From positions 1-64,000 of the forward strand of contig JBBRPR010000015.1 in the NCBI GenBank assembly GCA_038227875.1: DNA of 64,000 nt, read 5' to 3'. The notes beneath the pieces were generated by a model. That model ran no database searches. It was given only the letters and a program-made list of their open reading frames with translations, and was not told the DNA's origin. This document shows positions 41,646 to 51,808 of this stretch, one piece after another. The first letter of the stretch is position 1. The number at the start of each line of letters is the position of its first letter. Origin of the DNA: Planctomycetota bacterium (GTDB lineage: Bacteria > Planctomycetota > SZUA-567 > H5-PLA8). Made by a program: the position numbers and the translations under genes.

Positions 41646-41873
41646 GGCAACCTACTCCTTATAAAATAGGTCCTCCGGTTGAGAACCTGATACTAAGAGC
41701 ATACGCCATGAATAGACCGAAGTTCAAGACAAAACCGAATATATTCCTAATATGGAGTTAATGTTGGTTCGTTAGTTATTGCAAATAATATGAGTTATGG
41801 CTGACAAAAAGTTGGGATTATTTTATTGGAATTGGATTTATCCGCGCGGTTGGACCGAGCTTGGAGCCATCGA

Positions 41874-41912
41874 GAACGGTCCCCAGTACTCCTGAAAGGG
41901 TGGGGACCGTTC
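41874..41912. terminator. 12-bp stem hairpin downstream of the large glycoside hydrolase gene
   Basis: GAACGGTCCCCA ... TGGGGACCGTTC. Confidence 0.45.
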
Positions 41913-41989
41913 AAACAAGGTTCACAATCACAGGCCTGATTTCAATCGCAACGAGTTGTTGATGAGTTACTGTCTTCCCGAGTAAGCGC

Positions 41990-44900
41990 TCACTTCGATA
42001 GCTCGCCGATAAACTGTGCCAGCTTGCGCTTGAACCCGTCCAGATCGGCGTTGCTGTAGGGAGAAATCTTCTTTTCCAGGTCGACGGGCTCCATCGTCGC
42101 GTCGATGAACGCCTTAGCCTCCGCCGCTTTCGCTTTGGCTTCGGCGGAATCTCCGGCTTCGGCTTTGGCGATCAGGTTCGACAGCGTCTGCAGGTAACGG
42201 TGATCGTTCATGCCTTCGCGGATCATTTCCCATTCGCGGCGCGCCCGCTGACCTTCAGACGCGGTGAACGAGCAGCCGCTGTCGCCTTCGCTGCCGTCCA
42301 GATCGTAGTAGATGTCGCCGGTGTTGGTCGAATAGCCCCACTGGAACAGCGCCTCGACTCCCATCTTGGCGTGCGCTTTCCACAGCAGCCAGCCAAAGGT
42401 CAGACGGTTGGTGCCGATATTGTTGAACCAGTATTTCGCCCCGGCCTTCTTCACCGCTTCGGCGACCTGGTAGCGCGGCGAATTGGCCGAAATAATGTCG
42501 ATCGCTGGAATCACCGACCAGTGCCCCGGATCGCCCATCGCGTCTTCGCTCACAAATTTCATCTGCGGCGCGGCTCGGCGGTGCGCTTCGAAAACCTTGA
42601 CCACGTTCGCGGCAGAGATCCCGTGAATCAACGGCTCGTCGGCCAGCGCCCAGGCCATCGGCAGCCAGTTCTTCTCCTTGGCGTGAGCGCCCAGTTCCTG
42701 GTACGCAAGCCGGATGGCCTCTTCCAGCGGCACGCCGTACTCGGTGCGGGCCTGCGCTTCGATGTCGCCTTCGCGCACGTTGAACATCTGGGCGTAGGTG
42801 AAACAGGGATGATGGTAGCCGAGCTTGCGCAGCAGTTCCATCTGCTGGTCGGCGGCGCTGAAATCGAATTCCGCCTTGCCGTTCTTGATGCCGCGAAATC
42901 CCGGTGCGATCGGCGTCACCGCCGTCATCCCGTGTTCCTTCTGGTCGCGCAGCACTTCTTCGATGCGTTCGTCGAGCTTGAAGGCCGCGTTCAAACTCCC
43001 GCCCCCGCCCGTGGGGCGCCCGCCGCCATACATGCCGATGGACATCGACGGTTCGTCGAGCTTGATGGCGTGGACTTCCAGCGTGATGGGAATGGTGCGC
43101 GGTCCCCCGGCGATCGTGACCGTGAGCTGCCCGGTGTATGTTCCCGCCGGCGTGCCGTCGGGAACTTTGCAGGTGACCCAGAAGCGCCGCGTCACGTTTG
43201 CGGCGACGGGCTGCGCGGTAAAGTCCGTCAGCAGCCAGGGACGGTAGTCGTAGGAGCTGGTGATGCGGCTGCCGATGCGCTTCATCTTGTAACGGATTAC
43301 GCGGGTGTGGAGCGCGGACGCGGGGATTTTTCCGGCGGGGCCGCTCAATTCACTCGCCGCGACGGTCACGGCGCCGCAGTCCTTCAGCGGATAGATCGCG
43401 AAATTCCCCGACGCGTATTCGCCCGGTGAGCAGAGCCAGTTCAGTTTTACGTCGCGGGAATCGGATTTTTCGGCGCCGGGCGCGGAGTTGTAGCTGATCT
43501 CCTTCTCCAGGTCGCGCGTGAAGAGCACATAACCGTTGCTCAGTTCGTCGGCGCTGAGCTCCGGCTTCGGGTCGGCCTTGCGCACGACTTCAACGTAGCT
43601 GTTGCTGAATTCCGCGCGGCGCCGTTTTTCCAGCTGCGAAAGCCACGCCTGGCCCGCGTCGGAAGACTTCTGCGGGAAGATCACCAGCGTCGAGAGCGTC
43701 AGGCCCCACGTGTCGCCCAGGAAGCGCAGCTTCAACTGGCCGTTGGTCACCGAGGCCTTCACCGTCTTGGGCTGAAAATGCGCGTCGATGTAGCGGCTCC
43801 AGATATCCGTCCCGGGCAGGTCTTCGTCGTCCTGGTGCAGGAAGAAATACTTCTGGAGGAACTGCTCCGGCGTCACCGTTTCGTGGATCACGCGTTCGCC
43901 CTGGGCTTCGACGCTGCGCGTGCTGAAATAGGAATATTCCCAGTACTGCGGCGCATCCATGATCAGGTAGATGACGTAGTCGCCGTTGGGCAGATCGACA
44001 GCGAACGTTTCGCCGCCGGCGCAGCGGACAAAGTGGCCCGTCAGCGTATCCGGATGCTCGTAGTCCCGTTCGTCCCGCGGATTGCCGCCCAGCCAGCCGT
44101 AGCCCAGTTTCTCGGAGTACGAGGTGTCCTTGTGCACCGCGGTGAAGCCGGGAAACGTCGCCGACTTCGCCGGGCCGAAATTGAATTTCTTGATGCCTTC
44201 CACCACGGTGTCGTTGGCGCCCTTCACCAGGCGCACGTGGTCGATGAACAGGGTGACGTCGTTGGTCGAAATGCAGAAGCCGACCATCTTGTGCGGGTCC
44301 AGGAACTGACCGCTCCCTTTTTCGCCGCGATACAGGCCGCCGATGGGAAAGCGCAAGGTCGATGCGCCGGCCGCCAGGTTGGTCCGGTAGTTGTGCCGCT
44401 TCCAGTAATCGTTGTCGGTCTTCTGCGCGTCGGCGTCGGCGAACCAGCCGCTGAGCGTGATGGACTTCGCGGAGGTGTTGAAGCAATCAATCTCCAGCGT
44501 GTCGAACTTGCTCCAATCCGGATCGGCGAAACTGCCGAAGTGAATCCCGCCGCCATTGGCGCGGATCTCCATCTTCAACGCTTTCTTGCCGTGAGTGGCA
44601 TGTTCTTCTGAAATCGACGCCGTGGATTTTCCCGGCTTGTCCTCCGGCCAGTCTTCCATGCTCCACTTTGCGGCCGGTTCAGCGTTGGCTTCGAAGTCCA
44701 GCAGCACTTCTGTCTTGGGCTGCTCGCCGGACGTGGCGGACTCGGCGTCCTTCGACAGGCGGAAGTTGTCGATAAAAAAGCTCTGCTTGCCGTCGCTGGG
44801 AAAGCTGAGCAGCAGCTGCACGATCTTTTTGTTGTCCAGAAACTGGCCGCTGCCCTTTTCACCGCGGAAGAGTCCGCCGACGGGAATCGTAATGGTATTC

Positions 44901-45295
44901 TGCCCCGCGCGCAGCGGCACGCGATTGTTGTGGCGCTTCCAATAGTCGTTGCCGGCGCCGTCGGTGATCCACAACGAGAGATTCGTGGTTTCGCCGGGAT
45001 TGAAGACGTCCAGTCGCAACTGGTCAAAGCCGCTCCAGTCTTTCGGCAGGCCCGTCCACTCACCGCAACTGAGTGAGAAACCCGGCGCGACCTTGCCCGC
45101 TTTCTTGCCCTGCGTGGCGTGCTCGGCGACCAATTCGACGCCGCCGCGGGATTCGATCACCTTCATGCCCTCAGGCGATTCAAAATCGCAGATCATCTGC
45201 TCGTCACTGGCGCCGGCCCCGGAGCAGACACAGGCGCACAGGCAGACCAGGGAGGCCAGCAGGATGGAAGTGGTGCGAAGCGTAGTCGGCTGCAT
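41990..45295 (-). CDS. Large secreted glycoside-hydrolase-like protein (tandem CBM-like domains + GH123/DUF4091-like C-terminus)
   Basis: Signal peptide; duplicated DFE...NDYWKRHN...GGLxRGEKGSGQFLD domains; ADEP and REWEMIREGMNDHRYL motifs; GAGGAG RBS. Confidence 0.7.
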   Translation of the reverse strand: MQPTTLRTTSILLASLVCLCACVCSGAGASDEQMICDFESPEGMKVIESRGGVELVAEHATQGKKAGKVAPGFSLSCGEWTGLPKDWSGFDQLRLDVFNPGETTNLSLWITDGAGNDYWKRHNNRVPLRAGQNTITIPVGGLFRGEKGSGQFLDNKKIVQLLLSFPSDGKQSFFIDNFRLSKDAESATSGEQPKTEVLLDFEANAEPAAKWSMEDWPEDKPGKSTASISEEHATHGKKALKMEIRANGGGIHFGSFADPDWSKFDTLEIDCFNTSAKSITLSGWFADADAQKTDNDYWKRHNYRTNLAAGASTLRFPIGGLYRGEKGSGQFLDPHKMVGFCISTNDVTLFIDHVRLVKGANDTVVEGIKKFNFGPAKSATFPGFTAVHKDTSYSEKLGYGWLGGNPRDERDYEHPDTLTGHFVRCAGGETFAVDLPNGDYVIYLIMDAPQYWEYSYFSTRSVEAQGERVIHETVTPEQFLQKYFFLHQDDEDLPGTDIWSRYIDAHFQPKTVKASVTNGQLKLRFLGDTWGLTLSTLVIFPQKSSDAGQAWLSQLEKRRRAEFSNSYVEVVRKADPKPELSADELSNGYVLFTRDLEKEISYNSAPGAEKSDSRDVKLNWLCSPGEYASGNFAIYPLKDCGAVTVAASELSGPAGKIPASALHTRVIRYKMKRIGSRITSSYDYRPWLLTDFTAQPVAANVTRRFWVTCKVPDGTPAGTYTGQLTVTIAGGPRTIPITLEVHAIKLDEPSMSIGMYGGGRPTGGGGSLNAAFKLDERIEEVLRDQKEHGMTAVTPIAPGFRGIKNGKAEFDFSAADQQMELLRKLGYHHPCFTYAQMFNVREGDIEAQARTEYGVPLEEAIRLAYQELGAHAKEKNWLPMAWALADEPLIHGISAANVVKVFEAHRRAAPQMKFVSEDAMGDPGHWSVIPAIDIISANSPRYQVAEAVKKAGAKYWFNNIGTNRLTFGWLLWKAHAKMGVEALFQWGYSTNTGDIYYDLDGSEGDSGCSFTASEGQRARREWEMIREGMNDHRYLQTLSNLIAKAEAGDSAEAKAKAAEAKAFIDATMEPVDLEKKISPYSNADLDGFKRKLAQFIGELSK

Positions 45296-45345
45296 ATTCA
45301 AGCTCCTCATTAGATGGGTCACCGCCCTGCTGCATACACCGATCT

Positions 45346-45370
45346 GAGTGATTTAGTGATTAAATCACTC
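45346..45370. promoter_or_regulatory. Operator-like palindrome GAGTGATTTA-GTGAT-TAAATCACTC (core GTGATTAAATCAC)
   Basis: Perfect 10-bp arms; the core recurs upstream of the adjacent regulator. Confidence 0.7.
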
Positions 45371-45401
45371 TCTTTTTCGAACCGCATTGCGCCCCATGGA
45401 C

Positions 45402-46568
45402 TTATGACGCCGAGGCCACGCTGCCCCGCACCACCAGCCGCCCCGCGTGGCGGCGGACCAGCCCGCGCGCCTTGCTTTTCCAGAGCGTGTAGGCCATGCG
45501 TCCCATCTCGATTTCATCAAACGCCAGCGTGTCGATCGCGCCCACGTCCTCCGTCGGACCGTTGCCGAAGCCCACGACGCTCACGTCTTCCGGCACGCGC
45601 AGACCGCAACTGCGCGCCGCGTCGGCTGCGAGTTTCGCGTACGCATCCATGAAGCCCACAAAGGCCGTCGGACGCTTCGCGGCGTTCTGCGCAAGCATTT
45701 TCTTCAAGGCCTCAAGGACCGCGTCGTAATCGCCGAGCACCACCGGCGCGCTCTGCGGATTCAACCCCGCCGCCTCCAGCGCCGCGCGAAAACCGGCGAG
45801 CCGTTCGTCGCCGGGCTGGCCCACGTTCCCCGCCGGGCCGATGTACGCCAGCCGCGTGTGGCCGTGAGCGATGCAGTGTCCGGCCGCCTCGCGCGTGCCG
45901 CCGAAATTGTCGAAGACCACCGAGTTGAGCCCGCGCTCCGGAGCCGCGAAATCGAACGCGACGACGCGCCGTCCTTCCTCGAGAAACCGCCACAGGCTGC
46001 GGTAGTCCGGCACACCGCACTCGACGAAAATCGCGCCTTCGATGCTGGGGCTGGCGAACGTGTTCTCGGCCAGCGCTTCGGTGCCGTCGGAGTTCAGTGC
46101 AAACGGCGTAGGCATCACTTCGTAGCCATCGGCACCCGCCGCTTCGCGCACCCCTTTATAGAACGACGCGAGGTAGTTGCGGCTGCCGGCCACGAGGATG
46201 CGTTCCGGATCGCGCGCAATGAAGCGGATCAACTTCAGTCCGCTCGGCGCCGCAAGCTGGATCGCCTTGCGTTCCGCGACAAACGTGCCCTGCCCGCGGC
46301 GCCGCTCGACGAGGCCCTCCGTCGCCAGCGTGGCGAGCACCTTGTTGACCGTGAGCAGGCTCAATCCCGATTCGCGGGCGAGCTCGCGTTCACTGGCCAC
46401 CCGCGCCCCCGGAGACAAATGCGCAAACTCGCGAACCAGGTGTTCCCGGAACTGTTCGCTCCGCAACTGCCCCTTAAACCGCTTGACCCCCAAAGCAGCC
46501 GGAGCCGCCGCAGGACGAGTCGCAGAGGCGAGAACGGGTTTCTTTTTCAAGTCGGACGTACGTGCCAT
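45402..46568 (-). CDS. GntR wHTH + LacI-type sugar-binding domain regulator (AraR-like)
   Basis: SERELA..SLLTVNKVLATLATEGLVERRRGQGTFV; GHTRLAYI, ERLAGF, GLRVPEDVSVVGF. Confidence 0.9.
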   Translation of the reverse strand: MARTSDLKKKPVLASATRPAAAPAALGVKRFKGQLRSEQFREHLVREFAHLSPGARVASERELARESGLSLLTVNKVLATLATEGLVERRRGQGTFVAERKAIQLAAPSGLKLIRFIARDPERILVAGSRNYLASFYKGVREAAGADGYEVMPTPFALNSDGTEALAENTFASPSIEGAIFVECGVPDYRSLWRFLEEGRRVVAFDFAAPERGLNSVVFDNFGGTREAAGHCIAHGHTRLAYIGPAGNVGQPGDERLAGFRAALEAAGLNPQSAPVVLGDYDAVLEALKKMLAQNAAKRPTAFVGFMDAYAKLAADAARSCGLRVPEDVSVVGFGNGPTEDVGAIDTLAFDEIEMGRMAYTLWKSKARGLVRRHAGRLVVRGSVASAS

Positions 46569-46587
46569 TGGCGAGGCCCCACCGGAT

Positions 46588-46602
46588 GAGTGATTTAATC
46601 AT
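46588..46602. promoter_or_regulatory. Second copy of operator, GAGTGATTTAATCAT
   Basis: Matches the 45346-45370 motif; 20 bp upstream of the regulator start. Confidence 0.65.
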
Positions 46603-46681
46603 AAGGGCACCGCCGCATTTTTCCATAACTATCGCCCACCCGGACTTTTCATGGCACCTGGGCTTTCGCATTGCAAATCTT

Positions 46682-49453
46682 CTACTTCGCCGGGGTCCCC
46701 GCCGGATCGATAAACACTCCGGCAACATAGATCCCCGAGGACTCCGGACTCTCGAGGTTCACGGCGTGAATGATCACGCTGCCCTTCAGATTCCACGAAA
46801 GATAGGTATAGGGACTCCTCCCAGCAACAGACTGCGTGTCCAAAACCGCCTTCGTGTCGGCATCCAGCACTTCAAGGGTCAGATTACGAATGGACGGAGC
46901 CATATAAACACTGACCTGGTGCTCCTTGCCGTCTGTCAATTCGAGGTCGATGAAAAGCTGATCGCCGGCATGCCATTCCTGAATGGACCGGGACTGGGTG
47001 TCGCCCGACTTCATCGGGTGCCCCGTATCTTTTTCCGTCGTCGCCCAGCGCGTGTGGACCTCGCAGTCCCGGAACTCGACGAGCGCGCACTTCGGTGCTT
47101 CCGACGTGTTCTTGTCACCGGCAACCATAGCGCCTTCCCTGCCGTATTTTCCCTTCCAGTCACCGGACGTGTTGGGGTCTTTCCCGACGAACTTCGCGGC
47201 GGCCCGCTGGGCCTCGACGACCGTGGCCGTCACGCTTTCAAACCGCGCCTCGCCCTGCGCCATGGGGAAACAAGGATACGTCACCTTGACCGTTTCACCC
47301 GCCTTCCACTTCTTGTCTGTAATCAGACGCATGCTCCTGCCCTTCGCGTCGACCTCCACCGCCGTGACCTTCGCTCCGGCAACGGCATAGGTCGACGTCT
47401 CCGCCCACGCGGGTGAGAAGAGAGGAGCCGAGGGAGTCAGTAGAATGGAATCCTCGAACGCATTGCGGTACTTCAGAACCCGCACCTCGTTCCAGCCGAA
47501 AGCCGGCAACGGCTTGCCGTTCTTTCCGGCGATCGAGTTGGCCGCCGCGCACGAGACTGCAAACGGCACCGCTTCATCCTTGATGTCCACGACAATATTT
47601 TCGCCGTTGATCTGCGCTTTTGCCGGTTTGTCCTTGCCGTCGGCAGTGGCGATCCGGATGGCCGTCAAGTCTCCCGACAGACCGCCGCCGGTTTGTTTGA
47701 ACGGGAAGGTGAGCGTATCTTTGGCGGCAATCACGCCGTCCACATACACACCGTGATCCTGCAGGTCGTAGCAGGCAATCGAGTCCATTGTGCGAATGAA
47801 CAGTTTGCCGCCGGCGATGGTTGGTCCACTGAGGGGACAGGCCTGTGGCGAGAAACGACCCAGTTCCACGTACTTCTCGGGCGTGGCCTTGAACATGCCA
47901 AACTCTTCGGGCTCCTGGTAGCCACCCGCCCCCACATGGCCATAGATTTTTCCATCCGCTGCGATCTGTGCATCAACCCCAGCGGTGTGGTTGTTTTCCA
48001 GCACCTTCCAGTGCACGGCGCCGTTCTTCAGGTTCACACAGAGTCCCCTTCCAAACGCCATGCCCTGGTAACGCAGACCGGGGCACTGAAAGCGCCCTTT
48101 CCAGAGTTCCTCCCTGCCGGTGGGTGTCACCTTGTAGGCGGTGGTGATCGGGATGTTCGGCGCCGCCCCGGAAAGCATGATGTCGCCGGAGATGCCGCCG
48201 CCGAACTTGTACTTCCAGACGACTTTTCCAGTTTCCAGTTCAAGGCCCACCTGAGACCAGTTGTCCTCAGCCCCACCATCATTGGCGAGGATGTATTTTT
48301 TGCCTCCCGACTTCCACAGGCCTGCGCCACAGTAGCGCGCCACCCACTCCATTTTCGAATGTTTTCCATCGTGAAGCATCCACTCGGGGTTCTTCCACAG
48401 GACTTTGCCGGTTTCAGCATCGTACGCGACCCCAAGCAGATAGAGGATGCCGTCCTCGACCAGCGGCGAGGCATGTTCAGGCCCACTCTTATGCTGCCAT
48501 ACAAGCGTTCCGTCCTTCGTTGAAAGGCAATAAAGGCCCGCCGAACCGACCATGTAGCATTTGCCATTCCAGACCGCGGGCGTGGCACAGGCACCGAGTC
48601 CCTCAAACACCCACCACTGAATCCCAGGATAAGGTGGGGACTTCAACGTGGCCTTATCCACCGGGAAAGATTTCCGCCACAGTTCTTTGCCCGTGGCCGC
48701 GTCCAGGCAGATCATGGTGTCGGACCAGACAAACGCACGCCGCCAGAGCGCTTCGAGATTCGGATTGATTCCAATGTGGTGCGCGATCGTAAATCCGCCG
48801 ACGCCGTTCAGGGCTTTCGCCCATTCCACTGTGTTCGGATGTCCTTCGTCCTTGAACTTGCTCAACTTGACCAGTTGATCCCAGGTGAAACCGTTGGTGC
48901 ACAGTCGCCGCTGGATATAGCTACCGTACTTCTTGGCGTCATCCGGGGGCAGGTCTGCTAGAAAGTCCTTGGTGTATTTGTCCATATCGGCGTTTTTGGA
49001 GAGGAAATCGTCCAGAGTTCCGCCTTCGCTTGACCACCTTGCCTTGGGCCGTTGGGCCGAGGTCCGTGCCTCTTCAATCTTCTTGACCAGCGGCTCGGGA
49101 ATATCCGGCAGCCAACCGAGATCAGCCAGGATTTCCGAAGTGACAAACTTCAAGGTGTCACCGCCGCTCACCGGCAGTTTGTTGGCGTAAACAAAGACCT
49201 TCCCATCCGCCACGATCGGATGGGCACAGCCACCATCGCGCCACGACGGAATAAACCCGCTCTTCCATACCAGAGGCGGACCATCCTTGGGCCAGGTGTC
49301 GAGCAGTTTCGGCGAATTCACCACCACGCCGTCGCGGTCGGGACCGCCCTGCTGCGACCCATCGCTGTTGGCGGACGAGGCCGTTTCGCCGGCCCAAACG
49401 GAACAGATGGAAAGCAACAGCAGCCCCGGAACAGCTCGACGCAAGCTAAACAT
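46682..49453 (-). CDS. Secreted PQQ-like beta-propeller protein with helical insertion and C-terminal beta domains
   Basis: Signal peptide; GGPDRDG..WPKDGPPLVWK, CLDAATGKELW, PTIAGGKLFIRTMDSIACYDL; AGGAG RBS. Confidence 0.8.
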   Translation of the reverse strand: MFSLRRAVPGLLLLSICSVWAGETASSANSDGSQQGGPDRDGVVVNSPKLLDTWPKDGPPLVWKSGFIPSWRDGGCAHPIVADGKVFVYANKLPVSGGDTLKFVTSEILADLGWLPDIPEPLVKKIEEARTSAQRPKARWSSEGGTLDDFLSKNADMDKYTKDFLADLPPDDAKKYGSYIQRRLCTNGFTWDQLVKLSKFKDEGHPNTVEWAKALNGVGGFTIAHHIGINPNLEALWRRAFVWSDTMICLDAATGKELWRKSFPVDKATLKSPPYPGIQWWVFEGLGACATPAVWNGKCYMVGSAGLYCLSTKDGTLVWQHKSGPEHASPLVEDGILYLLGVAYDAETGKVLWKNPEWMLHDGKHSKMEWVARYCGAGLWKSGGKKYILANDGGAEDNWSQVGLELETGKVVWKYKFGGGISGDIMLSGAAPNIPITTAYKVTPTGREELWKGRFQCPGLRYQGMAFGRGLCVNLKNGAVHWKVLENNHTAGVDAQIAADGKIYGHVGAGGYQEPEEFGMFKATPEKYVELGRFSPQACPLSGPTIAGGKLFIRTMDSIACYDLQDHGVYVDGVIAAKDTLTFPFKQTGGGLSGDLTAIRIATADGKDKPAKAQINGENIVVDIKDEAVPFAVSCAAANSIAGKNGKPLPAFGWNEVRVLKYRNAFEDSILLTPSAPLFSPAWAETSTYAVAGAKVTAVEVDAKGRSMRLITDKKWKAGETVKVTYPCFPMAQGEARFESVTATVVEAQRAAAKFVGKDPNTSGDWKGKYGREGAMVAGDKNTSEAPKCALVEFRDCEVHTRWATTEKDTGHPMKSGDTQSRSIQEWHAGDQLFIDLELTDGKEHQVSVYMAPSIRNLTLEVLDADTKAVLDTQSVAGRSPYTYLSWNLKGSVIIHAVNLESPESSGIYVAGVFIDPAGTPAK

Positions 49454-49688
49454 TCGTTGTATCTCCTGTAATCCGGCCTCACCGCCTCATGGGTATGTAC
49501 ACTAAAAGAGCGCATGGAGGGGACTGGATTTGGCGCGTGCGGGCAACTGATTCCGATCTGATACCAAAAAGAGCGGGTTCGTTTGAATTAAGTTTCGGCA
49601 GGAGAAGTCCTTAGATCAGAAAAAGGCCCTGTAGGCGTTGCCTACGCCAGTTGCGTTAGCGTCTCACAACGGCCACCAATGACAGCCA

Positions 49689-50750
49689 TTAACGGGGAGC
49701 GGAAGTCGTCTGTCCTTCGTGCCAGGTGCACGCCAAGCGGACCCGCTGAGGAGGAGAGACTGGAGCGTCCAGCAATGCCAGTCCACGCAGCGCCATCTCT
49801 CTAAAGTCGATACGTGGGCCAGAAATGTTATCTGTGTGTGTATGATCGCCGAATGACACCACGCTCAGATCACGAGGCACCCGCAGATCGGGTTCTTTAA
49901 GAAACCGCCAGGCATGACTGTGCCCGCTGCAGATTACGGCCGTGAATCGTGGGCGTACGGCGCACACTCCAGTGGCAACGGAACATTGCTCTTGGCTGTG
50001 GGTGAATACCCCGTAGTGATCTTCCCTGATTCCCGCTTGTCGACAGCCTTCAAGGAATCCTTCTGTGCGTTCGGCCGCATCAGGGTCAATGCCTTCAACC
50101 AGACGTCTGCCGTGAAAAGGACGGACAAAAGCAATTCGACGGTGCCCCAGCGCCGCCAGGTGCTTGACCGCCTCAATTGAGGCTTCGTACCCTGCAATTG
50201 AAACACTATGAATCTTTGAATGCTGGGCCGATTCGTCAAGCAGCACGACGGGCCGACCCAGTTCACCGTAGCGATTCAACAGCTGTGGCGCAAACTGACC
50301 GACCAGCACGATTCCGCGCACTGGCATAGCTGCCAGACCTGCTGGAAATTCCTGGGTCCAACGGACACCCTGCAGGATCACTCGAGAGTCGCCTAATGAG
50401 CGCAGAATGGTTTGGATCATTTCGTTGTAATAGTTGCGTCCTCGAAAATCGAAAAGATTGGCTGTGGAGACCAGTGCGATCGCAGTACTGAAAATCGATT
50501 GAATCGACACGTCCCGGCAAAGAAGTACGCGTGAGCGTGCACGAACCTGGACGATACCTCGATTTTTCAGGAGGTGAAGGGCCTTGACGATCGTGTGCGT
50601 GCTGACTTTGTAGACAGAGGCCAGTTCCCGCGTTGAAGGCATGTCTGCGCTGTCGGCGATCTTGCCGTCCGCAATCCTTTTGGAGAGACGCGATGCTATG
50701 GCTTTGTACTTTGCATGCCGATGACCGGTACGCCGGTTCATGCTACCCAT
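49689..50750 (-). CDS. GntR wHTH + LacI-type domain regulator
   Basis: MPSTRELASVYKVSTHTIVKAL; HLAALGHRRIAFV, ERTEGF, LRVPRDLSVVSF. Confidence 0.85.
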   Translation of the reverse strand: MGSMNRRTGHRHAKYKAIASRLSKRIADGKIADSADMPSTRELASVYKVSTHTIVKALHLLKNRGIVQVRARSRVLLCRDVSIQSIFSTAIALVSTANLFDFRGRNYYNEMIQTILRSLGDSRVILQGVRWTQEFPAGLAAMPVRGIVLVGQFAPQLLNRYGELGRPVVLLDESAQHSKIHSVSIAGYEASIEAVKHLAALGHRRIAFVRPFHGRRLVEGIDPDAAERTEGFLEGCRQAGIREDHYGVFTHSQEQCSVATGVCAVRPRFTAVICSGHSHAWRFLKEPDLRVPRDLSVVSFGDHTHTDNISGPRIDFREMALRGLALLDAPVSPPQRVRLACTWHEGQTTSAPR

Positions 50751-50939
50751 TGGCGGCTCCTATGGTCCCTGGGCTCGCGTGAGCGTCAACATATACCGCC
50801 AACCCGGGAAAAGCCATGCTCTCGCACGGTTCCGGGTTGGGATCGTTTTGCAAAGAAATCTCATTCACCGGGTCGCGGCCGCAGGATGTGTACTGCCACC
50901 GGAAAATGATTATTGAGGCGAGAGCTGGAATGTTGCTCG

Positions 50940-51004
50940 CGGGTTGGCCAGGCGCAGTGCGGGTGCGTCGCTTCGCTCCGTACCTGCACTGGCCGGCCAA
51001 CCCG
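50940..51004. repeat. Imperfect long hairpin (REP-like)
   Basis: CGGGTTGGCC..CAGTGCGGGTGCG / CGTACCTGCACTG..GGCCAACCCG arms. Confidence 0.55.
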
Positions 51005-51241
51005 GTGATGGGAACTTTCAGTGCTTTTCAGCTATCATTCTTTTGTGCTGCATCGAGTCTGCAACTAGGTCTAATTGGACGCAGGCGCTTCAGAAATTAA
51101 GTTCAGCCGAGTATTAACCTCTCGTGGATAATCGCCTCCCGTCAGGGATAAGATGCCCTCGATGTTCGCCCGGTAGTCTTCCACCAATTGGCTTTGGTAC
51201 GTAACCATTCCCTCTGGCCACATAACATCAATGGCCTAAGC

Positions 51242-51808
51242 TCAAATGCACGATGGCCGAGAAATGCTGTAAGGATCTACACCTTTTTCCATGAGCAGCT
51301 TTTCCAAATTCTTGGCGCCGTGGTCCGCAAAGTAATTGTGTTCTTGCCGAGTAAGTAGTATTGCCAGGAATATTCTTCCATATTGCTCGCGAAGTTTAAT
51401 GTCACCAAACTCTTCAGGTAGTCCGTATGTATGTGCAAGGTAGACAGCAGATTTGTTATATCTTGACGAAAATCCTAAATCGAACGATTCGATCCCGATG
51501 CTTGTGCCTTGGCCTACTGAAAATCTTTTCTGAACAAGATAAAATATTGTATTTGCAAGAATTTTAGGAATTACTTCCCAGCCATCGTCTGCCGGCATAT
51601 AGATCTCACAAATGTCGTGTATTTCATTCGAGAAGTGTGTCAGCCCCAAAGAAGCGAACACTCGACATCCCTTGAATACTTTGTCAAATCTCAATATCTG
51701 TATCGTTGGACTGTCGGTTCCCAAAGATACAAAACTTTGCGACTCGACAGGTGGCCGAAAGTACTTCTCGTAGTGGCTAAGGTATGCATCACCCCAATCT
51801 TCGTTCAT
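51242..51808 (-). CDS. Suppressor-of-fused (SUFU)-like putative immunity protein
   Basis: YLSHYEKYF, VFASLGLTHF, EIYM, LAILLTRQEHNYF..GAKNLEKLL..VDPYSISRPSCI; markedly AT-rich versus flanks. Confidence 0.75.
   Translation of the reverse strand: MNEDWGDAYLSHYEKYFRPPVESQSFVSLGTDSPTIQILRFDKVFKGCRVFASLGLTHFSNEIHDICEIYMPADDGWEVIPKILANTIFYLVQKRFSVGQGTSIGIESFDLGFSSRYNKSAVYLAHTYGLPEEFGDIKLREQYGRIFLAILLTRQEHNYFADHGAKNLEKLLMEKGVDPYSISRPSCI

Noticed and set aside
40521..41990. Prophage or plasmid partition locus
   Set aside because: Only a lone ParB-N gene; no parA, integrase, replication or structural genes
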